Positions 14,186-28,125 of a stretch of 64,000 nucleotides of DNA are shown here, one piece after another. Source of the stretch: Azolla caroliniana (taxonomy: Eukaryota; Plantae; Polypodiophyta); the NCBI GenBank assembly GCA_043228905.1, contig JBHGNT010000020.1:1798001-1862000 (forward strand), in the 5' to 3' direction. Each line of letters opens with the position of its first letter. The first letter of the stretch is position 1. A program made the translations under genes and the position numbers. Under the pieces are notes generated by a model. It was not told where the DNA came from and did not search any database. It saw nothing but the letters and a program-made list of their open reading frames with translations.

Positions 14186-14789
14186 TATATGAATTATCCC
14201 TTGAGGAAGAACACCCTTCAAGTCATTGGTATCCACCAAATCTTCGTATTGTCCTTGCTTATCATCCCTCTATTGACACTTCATACTTTTATCCCATCTC
14301 ACATCATCTACATCCTTCTTTGGGGTCATACCATAGTCTAGGCCCAAATGATGATCTTCTTGTCATTAACCAAACTATCACAGCTCTCTAGTCTCCGAGT
14401 CTCAAGATCTGGCAATGCAACATCGTTATTTTGTTCATTTTCTTTGTCATGTCTACATTTTGGATGTTATCTTTTTTCGGTATATGGGTTGTGTCTTTTT
14501 CGACTTCTTCCTCCCACATAGTCTCATGCATAGTGTTTTCCTTTTGTATCCTTTCGGCTTCCACCTCTTCACAAGGGTAGGACAAGCAACATGGAGAGTA
14601 GAAAATTCTTCTCATCATCTAGACCGCATGTAATCTTCTCATTCTCGTTGGGTCAGCTATGCTAGGCAATACATCATTTGGGTCGTCCTTGGTAGATTCC
14701 TTTATCTCATCCTTGAATTCAATAAAGCTTGTAGCTGAAGCTCCAAGGAAGGCATTTGTGCCGTTGTCTAGATTGACCTCAAGTTTCCT

Positions 14790-15185
14790 TTACGTTATCT
14801 CACTCCTCTTATTCGGTTTGCAAGTATATTGCACTTTGTCATCTTCGTTGGGTTTCAATATTGGCACTTTCTATGTATACTCTTGAACGTTAATCTTCTC
14901 CTTTAAAACCTCATGATCTTGTGTATAAGTTTCACTTCTCTTTCATATTCATGTTCGGTTCGTGAGTATATTGCACTTCGTCACGTTGTTTGGGTTTCAA
15001 TATTAGCACTTTCTATGTATACTCTTGAACGTTAATCTTCTCCTTTAAAACCTCATGATCTTGTGTATAAGTTATCTCACTTCTCTTTCATATTCATGTT
15101 CGGTTCGTGAGTCTATTGCACTTCGTCACGTTGTTTGGGTTTCAATATTGGCACTTTCTCCTTGTTCTCTTCGATGTTAATCTTC
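14790..15185. repeat. ~2.7-copy tandem repeat, unit 142-145 bp
   Basis: tattgcactt...gggtttcaatatt(g/a)gcactttct recurs with gcactt at 14831, 14973 and 15118. Confidence 0.85.
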
Positions 15186-17170
15186 TATTTTGAAGTCTCT
15201 TCTAGCTTTTTTATGAATTCATCTTCGTCAAATGTCAAGTTACTCTTCTTTAGCAGATTCTTTTCCTCTTTATGATTAGGAACCGAATTGTAATTCGAAC
15301 ATGTCCATAATTGACCCAATGGAGTGTTCTTCTTTCGTTCATTATATTGTTGGAAATTTCTTCTTACTTCATCCAAAGCATCATCGTCTAGTTAAATATC
15401 AAACCTCCTAATCAACAAACTTTAAGAATATTAACACTTTGTTCGCCCCCACCAATCTTTGATCCCAATTCCGAAAGTTGAGCCTAGTGGTGTTCAAACT
15501 CACCTATATTTATCTTCTCAAGGCACCTAACACAACCAAAATGTTGATTATCCCATCCAACCATTCACATTGCTTGTATTTGGCACAGTGATGTCCACAT
15601 GTCCCTTTTGTGGTCCGAAGAAGATTCAAATCCTTGACCTTACCGTTTTGTGTTTAAGCTCATTTTGATTAAGTTTTGTCTTTTTGTTGTCTTGAGCCTC
15701 ATTCTGTCTCATGAACTTCCCACATCACGACAACATATTTCTATTGTTTTATTTTGCTTGTTAATGTATTTCTATTTCTATTGTATTTCTATTGCTAATG
15801 TATATGCCTTGAGAAGGCTTTAGTTAACTTGTTATTAAATTATCTTTGCGAGAGAGGTGAGTGAGTGTTTGCAATTAGGTTCATGACTCGAGAGTGAATG
15901 GCCATCAATAGGCAATCTACACCGCCTTCAGCTTACGATATCCACGTGGAAGCAAGACTCCACCAATACAAAAGCGTGCATTCTGTGAGAAAAAACTAGA
16001 CCCACAATATGTTGAGTACCCACAGTATGTTGGGTTGACATTTCACATTTTTGTTTCATCAATTGCCCACTGGTTGTTGGGTTAATTTTTTTACTTTGTT
16101 GAATTTGTTTACCATAATTCAATTCATTTTTCTACCACATATACTCCCTTGTTTGCCAAGACAAGAAGTAATCCACATTGGACAATCTTGATCTACCACA
16201 AATCTCTAAAAAACTCACTATTGAGGATCTTCTACGTTGACTCCAAGAAACTCACAATGGTCCTTCTCACCATTTTCATGATGCTCAAGCCACAGATTAG
16301 AAATTTGCAAATCCTCATGATATACACTCATTGCCAAAAGAACCAAGCCACCAACAAATGTCATGTTGGGGGGATCGTGTATGGCTCATTTGGAGTAACC
16401 ACTTTTTGTTGTGTATCAACACAAGTTTTGTTCAAGCTAAAGGCATGTGATGCATTTATCAAGAAGTGTCTTTTGCCATATCATATTTGAGATATTGAAT
16501 GGACTAATCAATATTTTTCTCCACACGTTTTTTTGAACTTTTGAAAGTGATCAAATACTACTCTTTCCTCACACTAGGTAGACCCATGTATGCTTAAAGT
16601 GGTCATCAATGAAGGAAACATAGTAACTTTATCCACCTATTTAGTTTAGGCCCTCAAATTGTTGAAGGGATGACAACTAAGAGTCTACCACTCACATTCC
16701 CCAGCCTTTGAAATTGGATGTTGGTGTTGCTCCTCAAATTGCCATGCTTTGCACACATTGCTCGCTCTTCTTATTTACATCATCCATTGCTCACAAAGAG
16801 CAGTTACAACACTACATAAATGGTTTTTCATGACTTCCAAGCATGGTTCGTGAGCACAAAGCATATACACTACAGTAAAAAATGTGAGGGTTTTAAATGC
16901 ACGAAGCATGTGCACAGGTCAGAAAGGATCGACCGAAGTTGTCTTCAAGACGGATCGAATGGCAACGATGAACCACTAAGGGCATAAGCTCAAAGCAAAT
17001 CATTTCTTCAAGAATGTTATGGACCATGGTGGTATTCACCTGACGAAGGTTCCCCAGGCCACCAAGGAATATGGCCACACTACGGCAATGGTGTCAGATG
17101 GACGGACAGATGGACAGCCCACAATGAAGCATATGAGCTACCCCATCCTTCATCTACATGCTAGACTGAC

Positions 17171-17295
17171 TGTATGTATGTATGTATGTATGCATGCTAG
17201 AGTGTGCATGTGTATGTGTATGTATGAATGTATGCATGCTAGAGTGTGCATGTGTATGCGTATGTATGTATGTATGTATGTATGTATGTATGCAT
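17171..17295. repeat. (TGTA)n microsatellite
   Basis: Direct inspection. Confidence 0.9.
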
Positions 17296-18224
17296 GATAT
17301 GTCAAACTGCTATATTTGGTGTGGCCATGGCTGCTGATTTGATTACAGTTATCCACGAAGCAGATGACCTCTGAGATGATGATGGCCCTGCCCATTTATG
17401 TCCATCATAGCATGCGCGCAAAAGGGAGATGGAGGAATGGCTGAGCAGATTCTAAAGTAAATTGCTAGACACAACACTACTCAGAGAATCAATCGATTGG
17501 ACAGAACGCGTTTCGTCAATTAGACAGACGTTTTCGGGTTTAGGGTTTAGGGTTTATGATGAAAAGGAAGCTAAAGCTCCATCGTTAAGGTAGTAGTAAA
17601 TCGTTCGTTCATCAAGAGATCAGATCCATCTCATTCATTGCCAGTATGCATGAAGCACCGTTCAATCCATCTTCACCATCACATATCCTTTCCTTCATCG
17701 AAGCTAGCAGAAACCCTAACCAGAATCTGCGTCAAAATGGTGTGTGCTGCGCTTCCATCATTTGATCCTTGGACATGTTCAGAGCACAGTGTGGAGGTTA
17801 ATGCGTTTTCTCAAAAAACAGACAGATAACAAGGCAATAACAGGCAACGGTATCAGATATTTTTACAAGCTACACAACATTTCGCAGAGGAAAAGACAGA
17901 GACGGAGAGAGACAGACCGACCAGACAGACAGACACAGAATGGATGGATAGATACAAAAAAAAAATCAAAAGGGAGGCATTGGCCAGGGGATATATTATA
18001 TTTACAGAGAAAAAAAAGAGGTTTTCTACTAGGAAGGACACAGAGATCGACGATGGCGATGGAGACTCGGGGGAAGAACGCCATCATCAAAAGGAGAGAA
18101 AGCTTATGATACGAAAAACAGTTTAAACGGGAGCAACGCAACGCACAGGAAACGTGAAAGAAGACATAGCGGCGATTTGAGAGGGGAGGGGAGGGCCATG
18201 GCAGCGCGATCCGTTTGGCATGGA

Positions 18225-18797
18225 TCAGGAGGAAGAAGCAGCAGCAGAATCATCAGAATCATGAGCGCTGGAAGGAGGAGGAAGCGGCGGAGGCTCATCG
18301 GAGGCTCCCCGGCGCCGATTGCCGGCGCGGCGGAGCCTGGAGGCGGAATGGCGGCCTGCAGAGCCGAGGACGTGCGCGCCGCCGGGGCCGGTGACAGAGA
18401 CGGCGCGGGAGCGGCCGTCGTCGCCGACCTCCACCACGTACTCCACGCTCTCGCCTTCCTGCAGGGAGCGGAAGCCATGGGCGTGCACCGCCGCCTGGTG
18501 GACGAACAGGTCCTCCTCGCCATCGCCATGGCCATGGCCATCGCCGCCGCCTCCGTCTGGCGTTATGAAGCCGAAGCCTCGGGCGTTGCTGAACCACTTC
18601 ACCTTCCCGCGCTCCTTCCTTGGGGCAGCAGAAGCGCCGCCGACACCACTATGGCCATGGCCATGTCCATCATCGCCTTCACAGGAACAAGCTGCTGCAG
18701 ACGCAGAGGAAGAGGAGGAACCGCCGCCGCCATCGCCATCGCCATCGCCTGCAGCAAGATCAACAACGTCTTCTGCCTCACTCTCAGCCGCCGCCAT
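18225..18797 (-). CDS. Cold-shock domain protein (190 aa, single exon, no CCHC knuckles)
   Basis: [18 protein letters not shown] (RNP1), DLFVHQ (RNP2), [13 protein letters not shown]...[12 protein letters not shown]-rich ORF with ATG downstream of a (GA)n leader on the coding strand. Confidence 0.88.
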   Translation of the reverse strand: MAAAESEAEDVVDLAAGDGDGDGGGGSSSSSASAAACSCEGDDGHGHGHSGVGGASAAPRKERGKVKWFSNARGFGFITPDGGGGDGHGHGDGEEDLFVHQAAVHAHGFRSLQEGESVEYVVEVGDDGRSRAVSVTGPGGAHVLGSAGRHSASRLRRAGNRRRGASDEPPPLPPPSSAHDSDDSAAASSS

Positions 18798-18919
18798 CTC
18801 TACTGTCTCTCTCTCTCTCTCTCTACTCTACTCTCTATCTTCAGGCTCTCTCTCTCTCTCTCCTCTCCGGCCATCGCTGTCTGCCTCCTTTTGTGCTGAT
18901 CCGCAGCCAGTGGCCGCGA

Positions 18920-18929
18920 GCCACGTGTC
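18920..18929. promoter_or_regulatory. G-box/ABRE-like element (gCCACGTGTC) ~125 bp upstream of the cold-shock gene ATG
   Basis: Motif match only; position is compatible with a proximal promoter. Confidence 0.4.
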
Positions 18930-19074
18930 GCGCCCTCAGTGGCTCCCATTCTCCCTGACCATCCCATCCCCCTATTTCCTTCTTCATTTAGTTTTATCTA
19001 TTTTATTTATTTATTTGCTTATAATTTACATTATCTTATTTCTGTTGGGTGGCACAGCCCATTTAATGCTAGTT

Positions 19075-19094
19075 AGAGAGAGAGAGAGAGCGTC

Positions 19095-19139
<45 letters not shown>

Positions 19140-19392
19140 CAGCTCGTGTAATAATGTATGTATGTATGTATGTCAAGTATGTACATAATGTATGTATGTA
19201 TATAATATATATTAATATATATATCATGTATGTAATGTAATGTAATGTGTGTATGTCATGTATGTATGTAGTAGTAGTAATGGTTAATTTTGGGTGGGAG
19301 TGGGGGGGGGGGGGGGTCGGCGCCTATTCATTCAAAAACCCAAAAAATGAGAGGAAACCAAGGCAGCCTCAAAAGCCTAACACTACACACAC

Positions 19393-19424
<32 letters not shown>

Positions 19425-19490
19425 TGTATGTATGTATGTAGTCGTGGTGTTAGTAGTCATACATACATATACATATACATATACATACAT
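19075..19490. repeat. Microsatellite cluster: (AG)n, (CT)n, (TATG)n, G-run, (CATA)n
   Basis: Direct inspection. Confidence 0.85.
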
Positions 19491-22400
19491 ACTCCCAATC
19501 CTTAATTAACCTCTCCATCTGACATCCACGTCAAAACCTTATCTCTTTGTGCCTCCACCCCCCCCCAACCCTTCTTTCACATGCCCATTTGCAACCCGTC
19601 TCGAAAATGTACACATCGTCGCAACCCCTTATTCGGATAGATCACTCGTGATTCCTTGGGATCCCATGGTGTTGTTTTAGGGCAAGCACACTTATCCCTT
19701 CCCGACTTTCGGTGAGTTTGGATTGTCAACCCCTTATCCGGAAAGATCTGTTGTGAACCCCTTGGTGTTGTTTTAGGGCACGCACACTTATCCCATCCCG
19801 ACTTTCCGGGGAGTTTGGATTGTCCCATTGTCCTCTCCCCAAGAGTTTTAGTTCTTGAATGATTGTGTTGTCTTTTATCCTAGTCCATTTGCGACAAACG
19901 TTAGGCAATGCAGCCCTTTTATTGATTGCTCCAAGTTTTGAGGAGATATTTTTTCAATTATCAATTATTAATATGACATCCATGCACTACACCATGGCTC
20001 TGCTCTGATCATAAACTTTCATTCGAATGTGTTATATATTCTTAATATCCGTGAATAGTGTACAATTTAGAATGTTTTGTATTACGTGAATGTTTGGATC
20101 TTATGTTCATGTTAAGCTAGTAAGATGGTAGTGCGAATCCAAAGAATTCAACAAAATTATGTTCCCGTTCGGATTGCAAGAGCTTCAAAAGGTATACCAT
20201 TTTGTTATCCCAAATTCGTGTCTACCTCGGTTAGTATGATAGAAGGAACTGCTACAAACTCCAATAAATATCCTCACATTATTTCGTGTAGATTTTTTGC
20301 CACCCCAAGCAACTACATCTTCTTCAACTTACTTGTTCGTCAATTTCATCTCAAAACAAATCTTGGTGTATTCATTTCTCTAGGTGTGTTGTTATAATGT
20401 CTCGTCGACATAAATTGACAATAATGCACTTCAAGTCATGTTTTTTATTTTGCATGGGGTCTTGCTATTATCTAGACATACATGATTCAGGGAATCGATA
20501 TCAATTCAACTTGCTATATCTCATATCACCAAAAACGGACAACAAATAATGTTGATAGTTTTCAAAAACACCATCGAAAGCATGAAAAAGGTGTGAGCAC
20601 AAAGTACGTCATCCATGTACGGGTAAACGACACTATGCCATGAAGTCATAATATCTGTACTGACTTCCATTCCTAATGGACCTTTTTATTCTTGTTTGAA
20701 TTGAATGGAGTAAATGTGAACCCAAGTACGACGTTGGCACATGTGTCAATCTCGTGCGTCATTGTATTCTTATTGTTAGTGAGTATGCACACACATAGTG
20801 GTAAATACACCACTAGATTTGTATGCATACATTGTCCTTAACTTTGCGAGCAAGGTGAGATTGGTTCAAGAGGCACGCTTAGGAACCAACTACTTTTACA
20901 TGGAGTCTTTTGATGTAAAGAAAGGAAAAGGGAATATCCCTAAGTGGATCCTCCAATTCCCTTAGAAATTAATAAAAACTATCATCTTTTTAATCTTACC
21001 CTAAACTAGAAAAAATACATGGACAGAAAAGTGATATGCCATGCAAGTTTGACACATGCTTTAAGAAAAAAGTTGTACTATCATACCTTTAATCCTATAA
21101 CAACTTGTCACCTATTAACCTACAATTTGCTCTTAGATCTTAGGCATGGAAAATGTTATCACCACTCAAGCAACACGAGATCAAGATCCTCACAAGTATT
21201 CAATAATGAAAGAGTAAAGCAGTTTGGCTATGGACAATGTCTTGAAGTGCTGATGTTTGGAAGAAGCTAAGTTTAATTAATGTCCAAGGAACGAAATAAT
21301 AGGTTTGATGATACAATGCCAAAAAAGTATGGCAGATTTAATATTTTTAACATGCCATTTCCAAATTTTCGCTCATGTTTTAGCAAAGGAAAAAACAAAA
21401 AGTTTTAATATTATTCTATTGTTTTGTTATTTACCTTAATTCTCCATGGTCAACTTTGATCTAGGGCAATGAAATGTGTCACTTGAGCCCATATACGGAT
21501 GAGCTAGTTATTGGTTTCCCTACAGTGTGTGCTATTTGATCAATTATAATGTCAGTTGATCCCTAGAACTCATCAACATAATATTTCGTATTTGACAAGA
21601 GATGGTTCGTGAAAACTATGCCAAGGAAGGAAGTTCATTCCCATGGGTGCATAGAAGGAAATTCTTCGGCTCTTCATTCCAAGGCTCGCAATCACAAAAC
21701 ATGATCCTATGCATTGGAAGACATCAATGAGCACGAGGATATTTTTACACCCTCTCTATATCCCTTCTGTTCCCACCAAATCTCTATTTCAAAATAATGT
21801 AGTCCGGAGACTCGAGAGATATGAAAAGGAATTAATTAATGTGAAACTCCTTTACACATCTTTGAAAATTGTGTGAATGTGTGCACGACACATGTGTGTC
21901 TTGTACACAATTTTCAAATGGGCAAAAACTCTTCTTCCTTTTGATTCAATGGCTTGTCACATGTCACATCTGAACTTAGACCTCATTGTATTGGAACCAT
22001 CAAGATCAACCAAATGGCGATCCTTGGTTGCACGGACAACCCAAATGAGGTTTGAACTTTGAATGGCCAAGCATATCCCTCACCATTTATTATATTTGGG
22101 AAGGATGGATTTGGTTGACTACATAGTAGGCAAATTTTATCTCCAATTTATCCATCCTAACTGTTTATCAAACCCTCTCTTCTCATTGCCCATGTCGTGA
22201 GAGCCTATACCCATATTGCATGACAATATGTTCTTCCTAACAACAACACAAGTATGTGGTTATGATACACCTTGGCATAGTAATACCCCACAACGCAATA
22301 GCTTTGTTGTATTTAAACCATGAGTATGAGTCTTGTCACTCTCAATCAAGCTTCTTCAATCAAGCTTCTTTTCGTGTAGAGTAGTTAATCAGTTCCTTAT

Positions 22401-22910
22401 CTTGGTGAAGTATAATCTCCATAAAGTTTACCCAAAGAACATGGTTGTTGACATTTTCTAGGTTGTTTGGGATTTGTATAGAAATTCTCGAGTCCATATA
22501 CATGTTGAGCATGATTTTACCTTGGCATAAAGATTAGGAAAACAAGGAGGATTACAATACACCTTGGCATAAGGATTATGATGTCGTTATTAATATATTG
22601 TCTAGGGTTAGGAAAACAAGGAGGATTACAATACACCTTGCAATAAAGATTATGTGCCACAATGTTCTGATTTTAGTTTTTGACTACTAAATGACTATTG
22701 CCACATGATTATAGCCAATTGGTCTTCGACCTTCCGTCTTGAGACATTGAACTTTGTATTCTTAGATCACAGTACACATTGAGTTTTTGTGAACCTAGTT
22801 TTTTTTTGCTTAGCATGCCATGAAATATTGAATCTTCATGATACTTGTGAATGAATGGACCCCTATGAGCCTCCAAAATATTGTTCATGTTATGCTCTCT
22901 ATCCAACTGA

Positions 22911-23203
22911 AGGCGAACATTCGTGACCATATGTTAAAATTGCAAAACATAGTAAAATAATGTAGTATGTGAATTTGAAAGTTGTCATACAATTCATTTT
23001 CTATTAAAAGCAACGTTCTATGATTCTATCAAGAGACCGGTATTATGTACATGCATAGGCGAACATTCGTGACCATATGTTAAAATTGCAAAACATAGTA
23101 AAATAATGTAGTATGTGAATTTGAAAGTTGTCATACAATTCATTTTCTATTAAAAGTAACGTTCTATGATTCTATCAAGAGACCGGTATTATGTACATGC
23201 ATA
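22911..23203. repeat. 146-bp near-perfect tandem duplication
   Basis: aggcgaacattcgtgacc... at 22911 and 23057. Confidence 0.9.
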
Positions 23204-24629
23204 AACATTTCTATGAATGAAATACTATTTTCTCTTAATCTTATCATAGATTAAATTAAGAAAGATTTTTCTATTTATATCTTTTATAGTTAAAAAAAAG
23301 GTAAATTTACTTTAATCCAAATGTCCTTAAAAATAGTGAACAATATTTATTTTAACATTGTGATTGCTACACATATTGAGGATGAAAATCAAATTATATT
23401 GAATCAGAATGATTAGGTATTATTGTTTCATGAAGAGTTATCATGCACGAAATTCAAGTGTGCTTTAACATAGAGTAGCACACTACGTTTTCAATATGTT
23501 TTTTCATCTTAAGTGAACATTCATTATGATAATGCTAATATATGGAAAGGTAACATTGTGAATGGATCATTGTTGAGTCTTGACCATAAATATAACATTA
23601 GCTCATCAAAAGCTCAACTTTTATTACTTATGATACACTTTGTCTAGTCATAAAATGTCATACGTAGTAAATTTTCAAGTATAACCAAAAGATTGTGTTT
23701 GTGTGTAATAATTGGATTGCAACATGTATTAGATTTTTTTTTTGGAAAAAGAAACATGTATTAGAATGTAGAATTTACATTTCCAATTTTAGATAGATAT
23801 ATCAAGTTCATTTTTCTCAAGGTCACAAGAGATGCTCTCTAAGTATGAGCTCCTTTATAAATTAGTTGGAGCTTCATTTGGGGGATGAGGCCTATGACCA
23901 ACAAAGTTAGTGGCTTTTAAAGCCCCTCCAATTCAATTTATTTATGACATGTGCAATACCAGTAAATGAATCAATAATGAGAGATATAATCACGGGAATG
24001 AACTTCAATCGGTTGGCCCAGGATATTAAAGAGAGGTTTGCATATGTCACAAAAAAACAAAAGCGTGTGATGATTTGGGCTAGTTTACATTTGAAGATGG
24101 GCTCCTCGTTTGGAGCAATCACAACTACATTCCAAATGATCTGGATGCCAAATTCAGATCTTGTCAAATTACCATGAAAACGGAATGGCTGCACACTTTG
24201 GGGTCACAAAAACTCTCGAGCTGGCACCATGAACTATTGGTTGTCAAAACTTGTAATACTTGTGTTGGCTCCAAATCACTTGTGATGTCGTGGATGTACA
24301 CCAACTTTTTTGCCTCACTTATGAGCTTTGATGCCATCATTATTTAGTGTATAGGGTTGCTTGGGTGTACAGTGACCATTCACATTTGTAAGACTCATGT
24401 GGAAGGTCAAATAATGTTTGTGGGACCTCTATTAGAATCATTTATCCTCAAACAAGATTGATGTGACTCCAACAAGTGTGTAACATTCTAAGCAGTGTTG
24501 CCTTTTGACGGCCAACATTGCCTGTCATGAGAACGGTATTCCAAAAATTTTGCCCGTCAAATTGACGGTTTACCAAAAAAAATGCCCTTCAAAAAGTAAA
24601 TACATCGAATATTTGTACGAAACAATATA

Positions 24630-26874
24630 TTATACCCTTCTATCCTTTGCATCTTTCCAAATTTCATATACACGATCCCATTGTATCTCTTCAATGTGTG
24701 GCCCATTCAATGAGACTCGCATTAAATCATCTAAATGCTCTATATTCAATCGATTTCTTTTCATCTCTTTGATGAGATTTTGCTTAGAAAACCCTCTCTC
24801 ACACGAAACTGTGCTAGACAGAATAACCAAAGTAGCTTGCCATAATTTCATCAAATGAGGGAAACTATCTTGCCAATCCTTCATTTTGCAAAACATACGC
24901 CAAGCTTCATGCATAGTATAGCCTTCACAATTTAAACGTAAAGTGTCAACAAACCTATAGAGTTCCATTTCACAAGCCTTTGCATCATGTAAAATTTGAG
25001 GACATGCATTGACATCAACATTTGGCTGTAAGTGAGAAATCAAAATTCCCAACCATGTCTTTGCTTTACTATCCCTAATCACATCATCATCTGCATAATG
25101 GCCTGGGCTGAATAATTTTGCTGCATTGAAGAGGCTTAAGTCAGGGAATCTTGCATTTAGTCCATCAATAACATTTTGCACATAATTTTGAGATAGTTTA
25201 ATACAACTTTCAAGTGATCCATCTATAAATGGCCTCATTCCCTTAGATTTTGCAATATTGGGATTTGTATCATTTTGACTTGCTTTATCCATAGGAATTT
25301 GTTTGAAGTATAGTTCATGTCTATATGTAACGCCATCTTTATCCTCTATTTCCAAAAACCCAACTTTAGAGAATCTTAAGAACTTGGATAAATACATTGT
25401 TCCATCCGCAAATGTGTCATTTCTCAAGAAAGACCTTCGCAAATTAGAAATTGTAATATCAATTTCTGCACCAATTGAAGTTACATCCAAATTCTCTTTT
25501 TGAAGTTTCAAGCTCAAGATATTCATCAAATGCAACACATCAGCCATCATACAAAAGCAAAATTGCACACTATAGATACAAGCTTTATTATACCACTCGT
25601 TTAAGCTCTCTTTCTTCCAAATAGTAAGTATTGCAGGCATTATACTCACTAGTCTTTCCATGACTTGACCACGTGACAACCAACGAATATTATGAAATTA
25701 TTTGTAATGGTCTATGAGCATCCAATTGCATTTGTTCCAAGAGCTCTAAAATTTCATGTGTCCTTTTGGTACTATTGTTAGCCCATGCATATACCTTATT
25801 TGCAATTTTTTCTACAAGAATGAGCTCAGGGATATCTTTAGATACATCTGAAATAACCAATGCTTCTCTATGAGCAATACAATGTACACCAACCAAATTT
25901 GGGATATCATTTTTCATTAATGTTACTATTCCAATTTCACTACCAATCATTGATGACGCACCATCAGTTGCCAATTCAATCAACTTGTTCATGTTGAGGC
26001 ATCGATCGCCTAATAGATGCTTAACATGTTCATATATAGTTCTACCTTTACCATTGGGAATTTTCAGCAAACCCATATATTCAGTTTGCTTAGGCCCACA
26101 ACCACCACATTGCAAGTATGTAACATACATAATGAGATGCAACTCTAATCCATTGTCAGTACTTTCATCTAGCATCAAAGAGTAGTATGGGGAATTTATT
26201 AGGTTTGAGCTTTGAACTTCTAGAAGATATTTCCCGAAGGCAACCAAAAATTCATATCCCCCATATCTACTAGTATAAGATATATAATCATGTTGCTTAG
26301 GCATATTAGGCACCTCTAGTAGCACAGCCAAATCACATAATTCTTGGTATGTAGCAATAGACAAATCTTTTTTTGCAATAAAGTACATGAGTTTCATTGT
26401 TGTTATGACCTTATTTTTGTTAATATCATCCAATTGTGATACATGCTTTGGGATGGACATTGCTTTCCCTTCAACATCACATATCCACTTTGATGCACAT
26501 AATTTATGACCACTTGAGTTAACATGGGTCAAAATTGCATCAAGTTGCAAAGTAATGCATCCAAAACCAAGACCCCAAGGCCCAGGACTAGCGTATTTCT
26601 CACACCATGCACATTTCATTAATGTTTTGTCTCCTTGCATAATGCATCTTATCCATGGGAATTTATCCCTCCATGCTTCACGGAATTTTCTCTTAGGCTT
26701 TTCTTTAGTTATATTAGAGGAACAACTCTCTCGAGTTAAACTCTCTAAATCAGTCCCAAACATATCCATATCCTCATTTAAATCATTGTTTATATTTATG
26801 TCATTGGTATCGTTGGGTGGTTTCCATGCAAACATCGCACTAATGGTTCGTTGATTTTTTCTATTGGGAGCCAT
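24630..26874 (-). pseudogene. hAT transposase (ZNF862-like) with a single frameshift near 25690
   Basis: N-terminal zinc finger (FREAWRDKFPW...CAWC...H...H), LMLDESTD, ATDGAS, HCIAH, RWLS and the dimerisation domain SCERGFSKQNLIK..RNRL. The two ORF halves join as PLQI/HNIRWLSRG if one extra base is removed. Likely start MAPNRK at 26874, just after a splice acceptor. Confidence 0.9.
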
Positions 26875-27654
26875 AATTATTCTGAACAAGAAGAAATGGG
26901 TCATGTAAGAAAAGATCATGCCATCAGTTCAAAACAATCACTAGCATCATTAAACCCAAGCATATTAGTTCTGACCTATTGAGCAATGAGATTTTACATG
27001 AATATAATTCCCAAACTTTTGCCCTTAAAGAGGAGAGCAATACTAGTTTTGATGGACTAGTAAAAGAATTTGGTGGTATATCTAGTAAAAGCCATTGTAA
27101 ATTTTCGTAGAGGGAAATATATAGGGTAAGTTGGACTTCGTCTAGATGCAGAATGCCAACCTAGACACACCACAACATAATGTTACTACGTAGCATGTTT
27201 TTCCAGTAAAACATGTACGAGACAATGATGCCATAAATGTAAGGATAAGTCCAAAGATTAATTGGTTTGGTATTTAACACTATACAATAAAGTTAGATAT
27301 GCAAGCCATATCCTATAGAGTTTTTGCTTTGGTCCTAGAGGAGTTCGCGACATGTTAACATGTTAACATCAACTGGCAACATGAACTAACATGATGAAAC
27401 ATGATTTTATTATTATTAACTAGCCTCGCCGATGCATCCGCCACTCCATACACGATTCTATGTGCACATACGTCTATGTGACACCTCGAAATATATGCAT
27501 AGATATCTATCTATCAACCTAACCTACACTTAGATGATGATGTATGGACATACACATATACATATATTATACAAGATGCATGTTGATGTATGTCTCGATG
27601 CATCAATGGGTGAGGACCTTGGCAATTTACTACTCCTCTGAGCTTCGATTGTAG

Positions 27655-28125
<471 letters not shown>

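Noticed and set aside
11000-16800. Short ORFs in the F2KP-CSP intergenic region
   Set aside because: No recognisable domains or consistent splice structure; likely old repeat debris.
16868-16885. CACTACAGTAAAAA resembling a CACTA TIR
   Set aside because: No matching inverted end or 3-bp TSD found in the window.
17535-17556. (TTTAGGG)~3 telomere-like repeat; similar telo-boxes near 28133 and 51570-51665
   Set aside because: Short interstitial telo-boxes are common in plant DNA; too short to imply a fusion or healing site.
18104-19188. Several long overlapping ORFs around the cold-shock gene
   Set aside because: Shadow ORFs of GC-rich and microsatellite sequence; only 18225-18797 (-) has a recognisable domain.
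19560-24490. Possible decayed TE coding sequence, including short ORFs at 23907-24194
   Set aside because: No motif could be assigned with confidence; needs a profile search.
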